The notes under the pieces are model-generated. The model saw nothing but the letters and a program-made list of their open reading frames with translations, was not told the DNA's origin and did no database searches. Both the position numbers and the translations under genes were made by a program. From positions 5,728,001 through 5,792,000 of the forward strand of contig CBDDPY010000002.1 of assembly GCA_965232515.1 (NCBI GenBank): a DNA stretch of 64,000 bases. Reading direction: 5' to 3'. Every line of letters begins with the position of its first letter. Within the stretch, counting starts at the first letter, position 1. Origin of the DNA: Alphaproteobacteria bacterium (lineage in GTDB: Bacteria; Pseudomonadota; Alphaproteobacteria; GCA-2731375). Shown here piece after piece: positions 50,828-60,241 of this stretch.

Positions 50828-52033
50828 ATGCATATCGACGCCACGCCCGAGGATCTGGCCTTCCGCGAGGAGGTCCGCGCCTTTCTCGCCGACAAGCTGA
50901 CGCCGGATCTGCGCGAGGCGACGCGGCTGACGAGCGGCGTCTATTCCGAATTCGAGGTCGCTTTCCGCTGGCACAAGATCCTGCACGAGAAGGGCTGGAT
51001 CGCGCCTGGCTGGCCGGTCGAATACGGCGGCACCGGCTGGACGCCCATGCAGCGCTACATCTACGACAGCGAGGCCGGCCGCGCTGGCGTACCGCGGCTG
51101 TTCTCCATGGGCCTGCGCATGGTCGGGCCCGTGATCATGAAATACGGCCGGCCCGACCAGAAGGACGAGTACCTGCCGCGCATCCGGTCGGGCGACGACG
51201 TCTGGTGCCAGGGCTATTCCGAGCCCGGCTCGGGGTCGGATCTCGCCTCGCTGCAATGCCGGGCCGACAAGGACGGCGACGATTACGTGGTCAACGGCAG
51301 CAAGATCTGGACCACGGGCGCGCAGCACGCCAACCGCATGTTCTGCCTCGTGCGCACGTCGACCGAGGGCAAGCCGCAGCAGGGCATCAGCTTCATCCTG
51401 ATTGACATGGACACACCGGGCATTCGGGTCGAGCCGATCATCACGCTCGCCGGCGACCATGAGGTTAACCAGGTGTTCTTCGACGACGTGCGCGTGCCGC
51501 AGGCGAACCGCGTCGGCGAGGAGAACGACGGCTGGACCGTCGCCAAGTATCTCCTGGAGTTCGAGCGCGGCGGCGCCGCCTATGCGACGACGCTCGGCGC
51601 CACGCTCGCCGGCACGCGCCGCATCGCCGAGGCCGAGGCGAGCGGCGGCGGCCGGCTGATCGACGACGACGGCTTCCGGCGCAAGCTCGCCGCCGCCGAG
51701 ATCGCCGTCGACGCCCTGCAGGCGACCGAGCACCGCATCATGTCCGAGATCGCCCAGCGCGGCCGGCCAGGCCCGGCCTCCTCGATGATGAAGGTCTCGG
51801 GCTCCGAGCTGCACCAGCAAATCACCGAGCTGGCGGTCGAGGCGATCGCCTACTACGCCGCGCCCGATCAGCCCGAAGCCCGCGTGCCGGGCCGCAACGT
51901 CGATCCCATCGGCCCCGACTACGCCGTCCCGGTCATGCCGAAATACCTCAACTACCGCGCCGCCTCGATCTACGCCGGCAGCAACGAAATCCAGCGCAAC
52001 ATCATGGCCAAGCTGGTGCTGGGCCTGGCGTAG
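50828..52033 (+). CDS. Acyl-CoA dehydrogenase (PimC/D-like)
   Basis: WCQGYSEPGSGSDLASL, NGSKIWT, NQVFFDDVRVP, SIYAGSNEIQRNI. Confidence 0.92.
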   Translation: MHIDATPEDLAFREEVRAFLADKLTPDLREATRLTSGVYSEFEVAFRWHKILHEKGWIAPGWPVEYGGTGWTPMQRYIYDSEAGRAGVPRLFSMGLRMVGPVIMKYGRPDQKDEYLPRIRSGDDVWCQGYSEPGSGSDLASLQCRADKDGDDYVVNGSKIWTTGAQHANRMFCLVRTSTEGKPQQGISFILIDMDTPGIRVEPIITLAGDHEVNQVFFDDVRVPQANRVGEENDGWTVAKYLLEFERGGAAYATTLGATLAGTRRIAEAEASGGGRLIDDDGFRRKLAAAEIAVDALQATEHRIMSEIAQRGRPGPASSMMKVSGSELHQQITELAVEAIAYYAAPDQPEARVPGRNVDPIGPDYAVPVMPKYLNYRAASIYAGSNEIQRNIMAKLVLGLA

Positions 52034-52056
52034 CGACGAGGGCGGGTAGAAGCCTC

Positions 52057-52518
52057 ATGGCGTCCGATCTGATCGTCCGCGACGTCGCGCGCACCGACTA
52101 TATGCAGTGGCTGCCGTTGTGGGACGGCTACAACGCCTTCTACGGCCGGGCGGGCGAGACGGCGCTCGCCGACGAGATCACGGCCGCGACCTGGCAGCGC
52201 TTCTTCGATGCCTACGAGCCCATGCACGCGCTCGTCGCCGAGCGCGACGGCACGCTGTTGGGCCTGGTCCATTACCTGTTCCACCGCAGCACCACGACGA
52301 TCGAGCCGAACTGCTATCTGCAGGACCTGTTCACGTCGGAAGCCGCGCGCGGCCAGGGTGTCGGCCGCGCGCTTATCGAGGCGGTCTACGAACGGGCACA
52401 TGTCGCGGGTGGCAGCCGGGTCTATTGGCTGACCCACGAAACCAATCGCACGGCGCGCCAACTTTACGACAAGGTCGCCGAGGACACCGGCTTCATCGTC
52501 TACCGCAAGATGCTCTGA
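52057..52518 (+). CDS. GNAT acetyltransferase
   Basis: YLQDLFT..ARGQGVGRALI, YWLTHETN..ARQLY. Confidence 0.9.
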   Translation: MASDLIVRDVARTDYMQWLPLWDGYNAFYGRAGETALADEITAATWQRFFDAYEPMHALVAERDGTLLGLVHYLFHRSTTTIEPNCYLQDLFTSEAARGQGVGRALIEAVYERAHVAGGSRVYWLTHETNRTARQLYDKVAEDTGFIVYRKML

Positions 52519-52529
52519 GCGCCGTTTCG

Positions 52530-53939
52530 CTAGTCACGCGCCAGTAACGTCATCAGGATGCCGTGGCGCGGGCGCAGCGTAATCACCGGCTGCACGGCCA
52601 CGGGATGGTCGGGAACGACCTTCAGCCGATAACGTTGCGCCAGCGTGGCCAGGATCAGCTGGATCTCCATCAGGGCGAAGTTGTTGCCGATGCACTGACG
52701 CTGACCGCCGCCGAAGGGCAAGTAAGCGAACTTCGGCCGCGTGACCGCAAGTTCCGGCTGGAACCGCTCAGGATCGAAGCGTTCCGGCGCCGGCCAGAAA
52801 TCCGGATGCCGGTGTGTGACATAGGTGCTGACGAAGACCTGCGCGCCCTTCCGAATCCGGAACCCGCCGATTTCGTCGTCGGCCGCCGCCCGCCGCTCCA
52901 CGCCCCAGGCCGGCGGGTAGAGCCTTAGCGTCTCCTCGACGACCATCCGCCCATAAGGCATGCGCGCCAGATCGTCGAAACCGGGCGCGCGCCCGCCGAG
53001 CACCGTATCCAGCTCGGCGTGCAACCTTTGCTCGACGTTCGGATGCTGGGACAACAGGTACCAAGCCCAGCTCAGCGCCATAGCGCTGGTTTCATGACCG
53101 GCCAGCAGCATGGTCATGACCTCGTCCCGCACCTGCCGGTCGCTCATGCCCTCGCCCTTGTCGGCGTCACGGACCGACACCAGCATGGACAGCAGATCGT
53201 CCCCGCCACCGTCGCTGCGGCGCCTCTCGATCAGGCCGTAGACGAAGTCGTCCAGCGCGCGCAATGCCGCCGTGAATTGGCGGTTGCGGGCCGTCGGCAC
53301 GAATATCGGCGGCGAGAACGGGCGGTTCATGCGGAAGTCGATGTATTCCAACGCGATCAACAGGTCGCGGCGCAACGTCGGATAGCGCCCGCCAAGGCCG
53401 CCGCCCAGCAGCGCGCGGCCGACGATTTCCAGCGTGATGCGCGACATCTCGCGGCAGATCTCGACGGGCCGGCCGGTCCGGTGCGCGATCTGCCAGCGCT
53501 CGCCGGCATCCTGCGCCGCCAGCGTCATGCGTCCGGCGAGCGCTTCCAGCCGCCGGCGGTGGAACGCCGGCTGCGTCAGGCGGCGCTGGCGCAACCAGAA
53601 ATCGCCCTCGCTCGAGACCAGTCCTTCGCCGCCCAGCAGCTTGAATTTCTGGTGGAAGAAGCCCCGGCGATAGTTGCGCTGGTTGCGCCGCAGCACGTGT
53701 TCAACGCCGTCGGGATGGGTGATCTGATAGATCGGCAAGGGCCCGAAGCGATAGCGCACGACATCGCCGAACGCTTCCCGCGACCGCAACGCGAGGTCCA
53801 GCGGATCGCGCCGGAAGTCGAGGGCGTGCCCAAGCAGAAACTGCCCCCGCGGTCCCGGCGCGTCGCCGCCGGTGACGTCGGTGCGCCGCGTCGGGCGCGG
53901 GACGCCGAGCGTTGCGTGGGCGAGCTGGTGATCAGTCAT
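52530..53939 (-). CDS. Cytochrome P450
   Basis: AGHETS (I helix), EETLR (ExxR), FDPERF, FGGGQRQCIG haem-thiolate motif. Confidence 0.95.
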   Translation of the reverse strand: MTDHQLAHATLGVPRPTRRTDVTGGDAPGPRGQFLLGHALDFRRDPLDLALRSREAFGDVVRYRFGPLPIYQITHPDGVEHVLRRNQRNYRRGFFHQKFKLLGGEGLVSSEGDFWLRQRRLTQPAFHRRRLEALAGRMTLAAQDAGERWQIAHRTGRPVEICREMSRITLEIVGRALLGGGLGGRYPTLRRDLLIALEYIDFRMNRPFSPPIFVPTARNRQFTAALRALDDFVYGLIERRRSDGGGDDLLSMLVSVRDADKGEGMSDRQVRDEVMTMLLAGHETSAMALSWAWYLLSQHPNVEQRLHAELDTVLGGRAPGFDDLARMPYGRMVVEETLRLYPPAWGVERRAAADDEIGGFRIRKGAQVFVSTYVTHRHPDFWPAPERFDPERFQPELAVTRPKFAYLPFGGGQRQCIGNNFALMEIQLILATLAQRYRLKVVPDHPVAVQPVITLRPRHGILMTLLARD

Positions 53940-54000
53940 CGACCGTTTCCCACCGATTCATCTAATGTCGAATTGAACCGAGACAATCCGGCGTTATCGC

Positions 54001-54252
54001 TTACCAGAACCGCGATTCCCAATAATGCTGTCCGGTTGCCTCGCGGCCATGCCAGACGGCGACCTCAATTTCCGAGCGCGATATGCCGATGTCCTCCAAC
54101 TGTGAGTCCGACATGGCCGACAGGCGATCGATGGCCAGCCCGTAGTGGTAACGCCGCTTGCACCACTGCCAAACGCTCGACGCCGCGCCGGCGATGCCTC
54201 GCCCGGCAGCCGCGCCGCCCGACAGGGCGGGATTTTGTGTCTCAATCGTCAT
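54001..54252 (-). CDS. Small DUF1127-like protein with an aromatic C-terminal tail
   Basis: LSAMSDSQLEDIGISRSEI matches the DUF1127 pattern; ends GQHYWESRFW; purine-rich RBS. Confidence 0.75.
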   Translation of the reverse strand: MTIETQNPALSGGAAAGRGIAGAASSVWQWCKRRYHYGLAIDRLSAMSDSQLEDIGISRSEIEVAVWHGREATGQHYWESRFW

Positions 54253-54528
54253 CTTTTCATTTCCTTGCTTGTTTGCCGGACCCGGTAGAGCCAAACCTGG
54301 CGACGCCGGCCGGGTCCTGGCCGGTGTCTTTTGAAGCCTGGTAAATATGCATAGCGAGCGCGAAATCAGCGTCCGCTCCTCGTCCGAAATTCGTGAAAAA
54401 TGCGATACTTATCGTTTTCCGTGCCGCTGCGGCGGTCACGGCCGGCAGTGGAGCGAAGGTGGCGAAAAGTGTTAATTTGAACCGCCGCGACAAAAATCCG
54501 CTGAACCGGCGACAAGCGGTGACGCACC

Positions 54529-56505
54529 ATGCTGACGGTTCGACTGCTCGGACCTCTGGCGGTTGAGGGGCCCGACCCGATCGCGTTTTCCACCCGCAAA
54601 ACGGCGATGCTGTTTGCGATATTGGCGTTCAATGTCGGCAAATCCGTTAGCCGTGAGACGGTCCGCAATCTCTTGTGGAGCGATCGCGGCGACGCGCAGT
54701 CGTCGGGCAGCCTGCGGCGCGCCCTTAGCGATGTGCGCCGCCTGCTCGAGATGCATGGTGCGGACGCGGCCCTGCAGACCACGGCGACGGCGATAAAACT
54801 GGCCGCTGATCAGGCGCGCGTCGACGTGCGGACTTTCGTCGATCTCGCGCGCGGGGCCGGAGAAGAATCCTGGCTTGGTGCCGCCGAGACTTATCGCGGC
54901 GATCTGTTGAGCGACGCGCATGCGATCGATCCGGGTTTCGACGATTGGCTGCGTGTCGAGCGGCAAGCGGTGCGAAGCACGGCGGTTCGGCTGGTCGAAA
55001 GGCTGTCGGAATGCGCGAGCACGTCTGCGGCCTTCGATGCGACTGAGCGCCTGGCGCTGCAATTGCTGCGGACCGACGCCGCCTGCGAGGAGGCGCACCG
55101 CGCCGTCATGCGCATCTTCATCCATCGCGGCCGCCGGAACGCCGCGCTGAAGCAATACGCGGCCTGCGTCGAGGCCCTGCGCGAACAGCTCGGCGCCGAA
55201 CCGGAAGAGGCGACGCAATCGCTTTTTCGCGCGGCGAAGACGCACACGACGCCGCCGCGCGACGCTGTCGAACGGACGCCGGACGCCGCTGACCAGATCC
55301 AGGCATTCGCACCGAAGCCGAAGATCGCCGTGTTGCCGTTCGAATGCCGCGGGCCCGCGGCCGAGCAGGATTTCATCGCCAGCGGCATCGCCGAGGATCT
55401 GATCGTCGAGCTCTCGCGCATCAGCGACTACGACGTGATCTCGCGGCAATCGACGCTCTCCTTCGGCGTCGACAGCAACCCGCCCGCCGATCTGCATGCC
55501 GAACTGGGCGCCACTTACGCCATTCAGGGCAGCGTGCTGCGCGCCGACGACAGGGTCCGCGTGACCGCCCGCCTGGTCGAGCCGCGCTCGGGCGAGCAGG
55601 TCTGGGCCGACCACTACGATCGCGAGATCGGCGGCATCTTCGATCTGCAGGATGAGATCACCGCCGCGATCGTCGATACGATCGACGCCGAGATCCGCGT
55701 CCATCAGCGCGAGCGCGCGGTCCGCCGCCATCCCGACAACCTGGATGCGTGGGAGCAGTTCCAGCGCGGCATGCATTTCCTTTACGGCCGCACGCACGAC
55801 GACGCGGACAGGGCGGAGACCTGCTTCCGCCGGGCGATCGACCTGGCGCCCGCCTTCGCGGCACCCCATGCCGGGCTGGCGTCCGTAAACCTGGTGCGGG
55901 CGATCCTGAACCTGACAGACGACATACCGGGCGAGATCGACCGGTCGATCGCGCATGCCCGGCGGGCGATCGACCTGCGACCGACCGACTCCTACGCGCT
56001 GACGACGCTCGGCCGGGCCATGATCTTCAGCGGCGATCTCGAAAACGCGCGCGAGCTGCTGGAGCGCGCGATCGCCGAGAACCCCAGCCACGCTCAGGCC
56101 TATTTCGGCCTGGGGCACGCGCTCTTCCGCCTGGGCCGCGGGGCGGCGGCGATCGACTGTCTCGACCGCGGCTTGAGCCTCAGCCCCAAGGACCCGCTGG
56201 TCAGCACGATCCTGGCGCTGAAGGCGCTGTGCCTCTACGCCGGCGAGCGGTTCGATGAGGCCGAATCCGTGGCGCGGTCGGCCATGCGGCTGCGCGGTGC
56301 TGAGATCTGGCCGCGCATCGCGCTGGCGATTTCACTGGTCAGGCGCGAACGTCCGGACGAAGCCGCTGAGGTGGTCCGCGACCTCCTCAGCCTCGACCGC
56401 TCGCTGACCTGTGCAAAACTGGGCGAGATGATGGCCCACGCGCGTGCCAGGGATCGCGAGCGGGTCACCGCGGATCTCATCGCCGCGGGTTTGCCGGCGA
56501 CCTAG
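54529..56505 (+). CDS. SARP-like regulator: wHTH + BTAD + TolB-N-like + TPR
   Basis: VRLLGPL, SRE..LLW, YRGDLL, FDDWL, EEAHRAVM, IAVLPF, GIAEDLI, QGSV..VRVTARL, FDLQDEI, TPR repeats. Confidence 0.85.
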   Translation: MLTVRLLGPLAVEGPDPIAFSTRKTAMLFAILAFNVGKSVSRETVRNLLWSDRGDAQSSGSLRRALSDVRRLLEMHGADAALQTTATAIKLAADQARVDVRTFVDLARGAGEESWLGAAETYRGDLLSDAHAIDPGFDDWLRVERQAVRSTAVRLVERLSECASTSAAFDATERLALQLLRTDAACEEAHRAVMRIFIHRGRRNAALKQYAACVEALREQLGAEPEEATQSLFRAAKTHTTPPRDAVERTPDAADQIQAFAPKPKIAVLPFECRGPAAEQDFIASGIAEDLIVELSRISDYDVISRQSTLSFGVDSNPPADLHAELGATYAIQGSVLRADDRVRVTARLVEPRSGEQVWADHYDREIGGIFDLQDEITAAIVDTIDAEIRVHQRERAVRRHPDNLDAWEQFQRGMHFLYGRTHDDADRAETCFRRAIDLAPAFAAPHAGLASVNLVRAILNLTDDIPGEIDRSIAHARRAIDLRPTDSYALTTLGRAMIFSGDLENARELLERAIAENPSHAQAYFGLGHALFRLGRGAAAIDCLDRGLSLSPKDPLVSTILALKALCLYAGERFDEAESVARSAMRLRGAEIWPRIALAISLVRRERPDEAAEVVRDLLSLDRSLTCAKLGEMMAHARARDRERVTADLIAAGLPAT

Positions 56506-57104
56506 TCGGTATACTTGGCGAACAGAACGGCGTCGCCGGTCTGGCGGACAAGCGGCTGGTTCGGCAGTTTTTGTCGTCCGAATTCCATATAGCCGTTGGC
56601 GAGCAGAAACCGGCAAGCCCGTGCGTTCCGCGCCGGCGCGATGATCGTCGTCGCCACCAGGCCGGTCATGGTGGCTTCCGTCTCGGCGAGGCTCAACAGC
56701 CGCGCGCCGAATCCCCGGCCCTGGTAATCCGGCCGCACGGCGACGACGCCGATATGCAGCGTGCGATAGGCCGGCCAATCGGCAAATTCGACCGGGATCC
56801 GGTCGAGCTGCTGAATGCGTCGGCTCGCGCCATTGGCGCCGCAGGGAAAGGTCACGACGACGCCGACGACGTTAGCGCCGTCGTCGATGACCAGGCTGTT
56901 GTCGCAGGTCAGGCGGCCGGCGGTCCGCGCGAACGCCCGCGCACCGATGTCGAGCAGGCATTCGTCGCCACGGACATGCCGCGCCCAGATCAGATCGGCG
57001 ATCCCGTCCGAAGCGGATTGGAAAAGCTCGGCGATGGCGCGCGCGTCCGCGGGCTGCGCCACGCGCAGGGTCTCGTTGCTGATACGTCTTGCCAAATTTG
57101 TCAT
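56502..57104 (-). CDS. GNAT acetyltransferase
   Basis: VAVRPDYQGRGFGARLL, N.RACRF...GY; convergent 4-bp overlap with the regulator. Confidence 0.75.
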   Translation of the reverse strand: MTNLARRISNETLRVAQPADARAIAELFQSASDGIADLIWARHVRGDECLLDIGARAFARTAGRLTCDNSLVIDDGANVVGVVVTFPCGANGASRRIQQLDRIPVEFADWPAYRTLHIGVVAVRPDYQGRGFGARLLSLAETEATMTGLVATTIIAPARNARACRFLLANGYMEFGRQKLPNQPLVRQTGDAVLFAKYTD

Positions 57105-57323
57105 GGCACCGGGTCCGTTTTTCGACGGCTGACAGATTGACGCCGGGGCGTGAGCCCGCCGTCGCATCCGGCGTTACCTGCGCGTGAAAACGATTCCCCG
57201 GGTGACTTTTTCCGTGCCGGCCGGTTTGTGACGGCCGCGTCGCCGGTTGCCGATCCCCAAGGCAGGAACGAAAACGGCGAGGCCGTGGGCCCCGCCGCGC
57301 TCGATGACGTTTCGTTTCGTTGG

Positions 57324-58202
57324 TTAGGTGGTGTTGCGTCTGCCCCGACGGCGGCGCAGCGCCGTGACGCCCAGGCAGAAGATTCCGCTGCCCAGCAGCG
57401 CGAGCGACGATGGTTCCGGGATCGCCAGCGTGTTGAGGGGGATGGGTTCGCCGAAGATGAAGTCGTCCATGACCACGCCGTCGCCGGGTCCCGATGCGGG
57501 CGGCATGAACGTACCGTTCGACAGCAGGGTCGAACTGCCGGTAGTGACCTTGGCGCTGCCGATCAGTTCGCCGGCGTCGAAGACCACGCCCAGGAACGAC
57601 AGACCCCCGTTCGGGGACGTCAAGACTTCTCCGGCGAACAGCGAGTTGCCGTCGAGGTCGAAAAGCTCCAGCGTCGTGGCGCCGGCCAGCTCGACGTCAT
57701 TGAAGACGATGCCAAGACCGGTTGAAGCGGCCTGTTCATCCGGATTCGCCGGATCGAAGAAATCGACAAACGTCATGTTGCTGCCAATCGGCGAGAACAT
57801 GCGTTGTTCGCTGAACGGGATGAAGTCGTTGGGAAACCCGAACCGCGGCGGCGCGGCCGTGCCCGCGTTCGAGCTCAACAGGAAACCGTTGCCCGGCGTC
57901 GAAAACTCGATGCCTCGTGCGCGTGGACTGAAATCGGCATTGAAGAAGTCGCCGGGGAACAAGTTTGGATCCGAGACCGCATCCGGCGCCGCGTCCCAGT
58001 TGATCTGACGGCGACCGCCGACAAAATTCTCAGGATTGTTTGGATTGAGCGCGCCGAGCGCGTTCCGGAAATCGTCGACCGTGCCCAGAATGCTGGCGGC
58101 ATTGGCGCCCGAGGTTTCGAAAACGATCGGCGCGGCCTGCGCCGTGGCCGCCGAGAACGCAAGTGCTGCCGCGCATAGTCCCGCCACGAATCCCGGTTTC
58201 AT
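57324..58202 (-). CDS. PEP-CTERM sorting-domain protein
   Basis: Signal peptide ending AQA; C-terminal IPEPSSLALLG, TM helix, RRRR. Confidence 0.9.
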   Translation of the reverse strand: MKPGFVAGLCAAALAFSAATAQAAPIVFETSGANAASILGTVDDFRNALGALNPNNPENFVGGRRQINWDAAPDAVSDPNLFPGDFFNADFSPRARGIEFSTPGNGFLLSSNAGTAAPPRFGFPNDFIPFSEQRMFSPIGSNMTFVDFFDPANPDEQAASTGLGIVFNDVELAGATTLELFDLDGNSLFAGEVLTSPNGGLSFLGVVFDAGELIGSAKVTTGSSTLLSNGTFMPPASGPGDGVVMDDFIFGEPIPLNTLAIPEPSSLALLGSGIFCLGVTALRRRRGRRNTT

Positions 58203-58330
58203 GGGTACCCCCTTACTGCTGACCTCGACAGAAGCGTCAAAACGCCTGAATTCCGGGAAAAGATTACCAGCCGAGCAGGCCGCAAGGCCGGTGATAAGGC
58301 CGTGTCCAACATGAGGCGCGGCCTGTCCTC

Positions 58331-59083
58331 CTAGCCCATGCCATGGCCGGCGACGTGCCCGCCGTCGACGTTGACGGTCGCGCCGGTGATGAAATCGCTG
58401 TCCGCCAGCAACAGCGCGGTCCTGGCGATGTCGTCCGGTTCGCCGATCCGGTTCAGAAGATGCAGGCCGGCCAGGCTGTCGGCGTCCGTGATTCCGTTCT
58501 TGCCGTGCAATGGCGTGCGGATGATGCCCGGCGAGATGGTGTTGACGCGGATATTGTCGCCGCCCAATTCCGCGGCCAGCTGCCGGGTCAGCGTATGCAG
58601 CGCGCCCTTGCTCGCCATCGGCGCCGTGATCGGCAGTCCGGCGATGGCGTGATCGACCAGCACGGTGCCGATATTGATCACCGCACCGCCACCACCCCGT
58701 TGCAGATGCGGCACCACGGCTTGTGTCAGGAAAAAGCTGCCCTTCAGATTGACGGCCAGAAAGAGCTCGAGATGCGCTTCGTCGACCTCCAGGAACGGCC
58801 GCGGCTCGAAGATGCCGGCATTGTTGACCAGCACGTCGATGCGACCGAACCGTGACAGGGCCGCCGCGACAAGGCGCGCCCGGTCCTCGGCCCTGGCGAT
58901 ATCGGTCACGGCCGTGATCGCATTCTCCGGCGCGCCAAGGGCGTCCTGCGTTGCGGCCAGCCTCGCCGCGTTCGTGCCCGCCAGCACGATGTTGTCGCCG
59001 CGGTCGGCGAACGCCTTGGCGATGGCCTGTCCGAGACCGCCCGAGGCGCCGGTGACGATAACTGTTTTGCGTTGCTGAGACAT
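58331..59083 (-). CDS. Short-chain dehydrogenase/reductase
   Basis: TGASGGLG, NNAG; the catalytic YxxxK reads MASK (no Tyr). Confidence 0.88.
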   Translation of the reverse strand: MSQQRKTVIVTGASGGLGQAIAKAFADRGDNIVLAGTNAARLAATQDALGAPENAITAVTDIARAEDRARLVAAALSRFGRIDVLVNNAGIFEPRPFLEVDEAHLELFLAVNLKGSFFLTQAVVPHLQRGGGGAVINIGTVLVDHAIAGLPITAPMASKGALHTLTRQLAAELGGDNIRVNTISPGIIRTPLHGKNGITDADSLAGLHLLNRIGEPDDIARTALLLADSDFITGATVNVDGGHVAGHGMG

Positions 59084-59210
59084 GTGCTGCTCCCGTGTCC
59101 AGGTTTGCGACAGCCGGACCGGGCAATGCCGTCGGCGTCCGGTCGCGGGCCGTCTCGGACGCCATATGCGGATCGATCTTCTTTGTCGAAATAGAAGAAA
59201 TGCAGTAAAT

Positions 59211-59233
59211 ATCTTTCGAATAATTCGAAAGAT
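59211..59233. promoter_or_regulatory. Palindrome, probable LysR binding site
   Basis: ATCTTTCGAA-TAA-TTCGAAAGAT with perfect 10-bp arms, between the divergent SDR and LysR genes. Confidence 0.65.
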
Positions 59234-59235
59234 GG

Positions 59236-60174
59236 ATGCGTATGGATCACCTCGCCGCCATGCGGGTCTTCGCCAGCGTGGTTGAAACCGGTGGACTGTC
59301 GGCGGCGGGCCGCGCGCTCGGCTTGGCGCCGTCGACCGTCTCGCGGCGCGTCGCCGAACTTGAAGACCGGCTCGGCGTCCGGTTGCTGCAACGGACGACG
59401 CGCAGATTGAGCCTGACGGAGGCGGGCGCGACCTACTACGAACGGGTGCGTGACATCGTGCGGGCCGTCGACGAGGCCGGCCTGGCCGTCACGGAACAGC
59501 GCGCGGGCCCCAGCGGGCCGCTGCGCGTCACGGTGCCGGCCAGCATGGCGCGCCGTCATATCGCGCCGGCCGTGGCTGACTTCGTGGCGCGTTATCCGAC
59601 CGTCAATATCGCCATGTCGGTGACGGACCGGACCGTCGACATTGTCGGCGAGGGCTTTGACGTTGCCGTCCGGACCGGCCGGCTTGACGACTCGAGCCTG
59701 ATCGCCCGCAAGCTCGGGCAATGCCGGCGTCTGGTCGGCGCCGCGCCTGCTTATCTGACGCGGGCCGGACGGCCGCGTGACCCGAAGGCGCTTGCCGAAC
59801 ATGCTTGTCTGAGCTTTCGGCGGCATCCCGGCGGCAACATCTGGCGTTTTCGAAGCCGCGAAGGCCGGACCGAAGTTCGCGTCTCGGGCCCGTTCGTCGC
59901 CGACGACGGCGAGGCACTCGTGGCGGCCGCCTCGGCTGGGCTTGGTCTGATTCTGGTGCCGGAATGGCTTGTCGGCGATGAAATCGCCGCCGGCCGGTTG
60001 GTCGAGGTATTGACGGACCATGCCGCCGAACCGGCGGAAACGCCGATCTACGCGGTGTATGCGCCAGGACCCCATGTCCCGCCCAATGTTCGGGCCTTCG
60101 TCGGATTTCTGGCCGAGCGCTTTGGTCGGGACTACGCCTGGGGCGGTGGCGCTTTCGGGAATCCCGTTATGTGA
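59236..60174 (+). CDS. LysR-family regulator (CrgA/DmlR-like)
   Basis: AMRVFASVVETGGLSAAGR, LLQRTTRRLSLTEAG, EGFDVAVR. Confidence 0.92.
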   Translation: MRMDHLAAMRVFASVVETGGLSAAGRALGLAPSTVSRRVAELEDRLGVRLLQRTTRRLSLTEAGATYYERVRDIVRAVDEAGLAVTEQRAGPSGPLRVTVPASMARRHIAPAVADFVARYPTVNIAMSVTDRTVDIVGEGFDVAVRTGRLDDSSLIARKLGQCRRLVGAAPAYLTRAGRPRDPKALAEHACLSFRRHPGGNIWRFRSREGRTEVRVSGPFVADDGEALVAAASAGLGLILVPEWLVGDEIAAGRLVEVLTDHAAEPAETPIYAVYAPGPHVPPNVRAFVGFLAERFGRDYAWGGGAFGNPVM

Positions 60175-60241
60175 AGCTTAACCGTTTGCCGGCATCGTTA
60201 ACGGCCATCCGAACTGGGGGTCGGACCGTGGGAGTGCTGGC

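Noticed and set aside
57324-59165. Apparent 613-aa PEP-CTERM protein; similar N-terminal extensions at 32549-34663, 18070-19599 and 27842-29053
   Set aside because: The extensions overlap neighbouring genes in another frame; true starts have an RBS, a signal peptide or stop/start coupling
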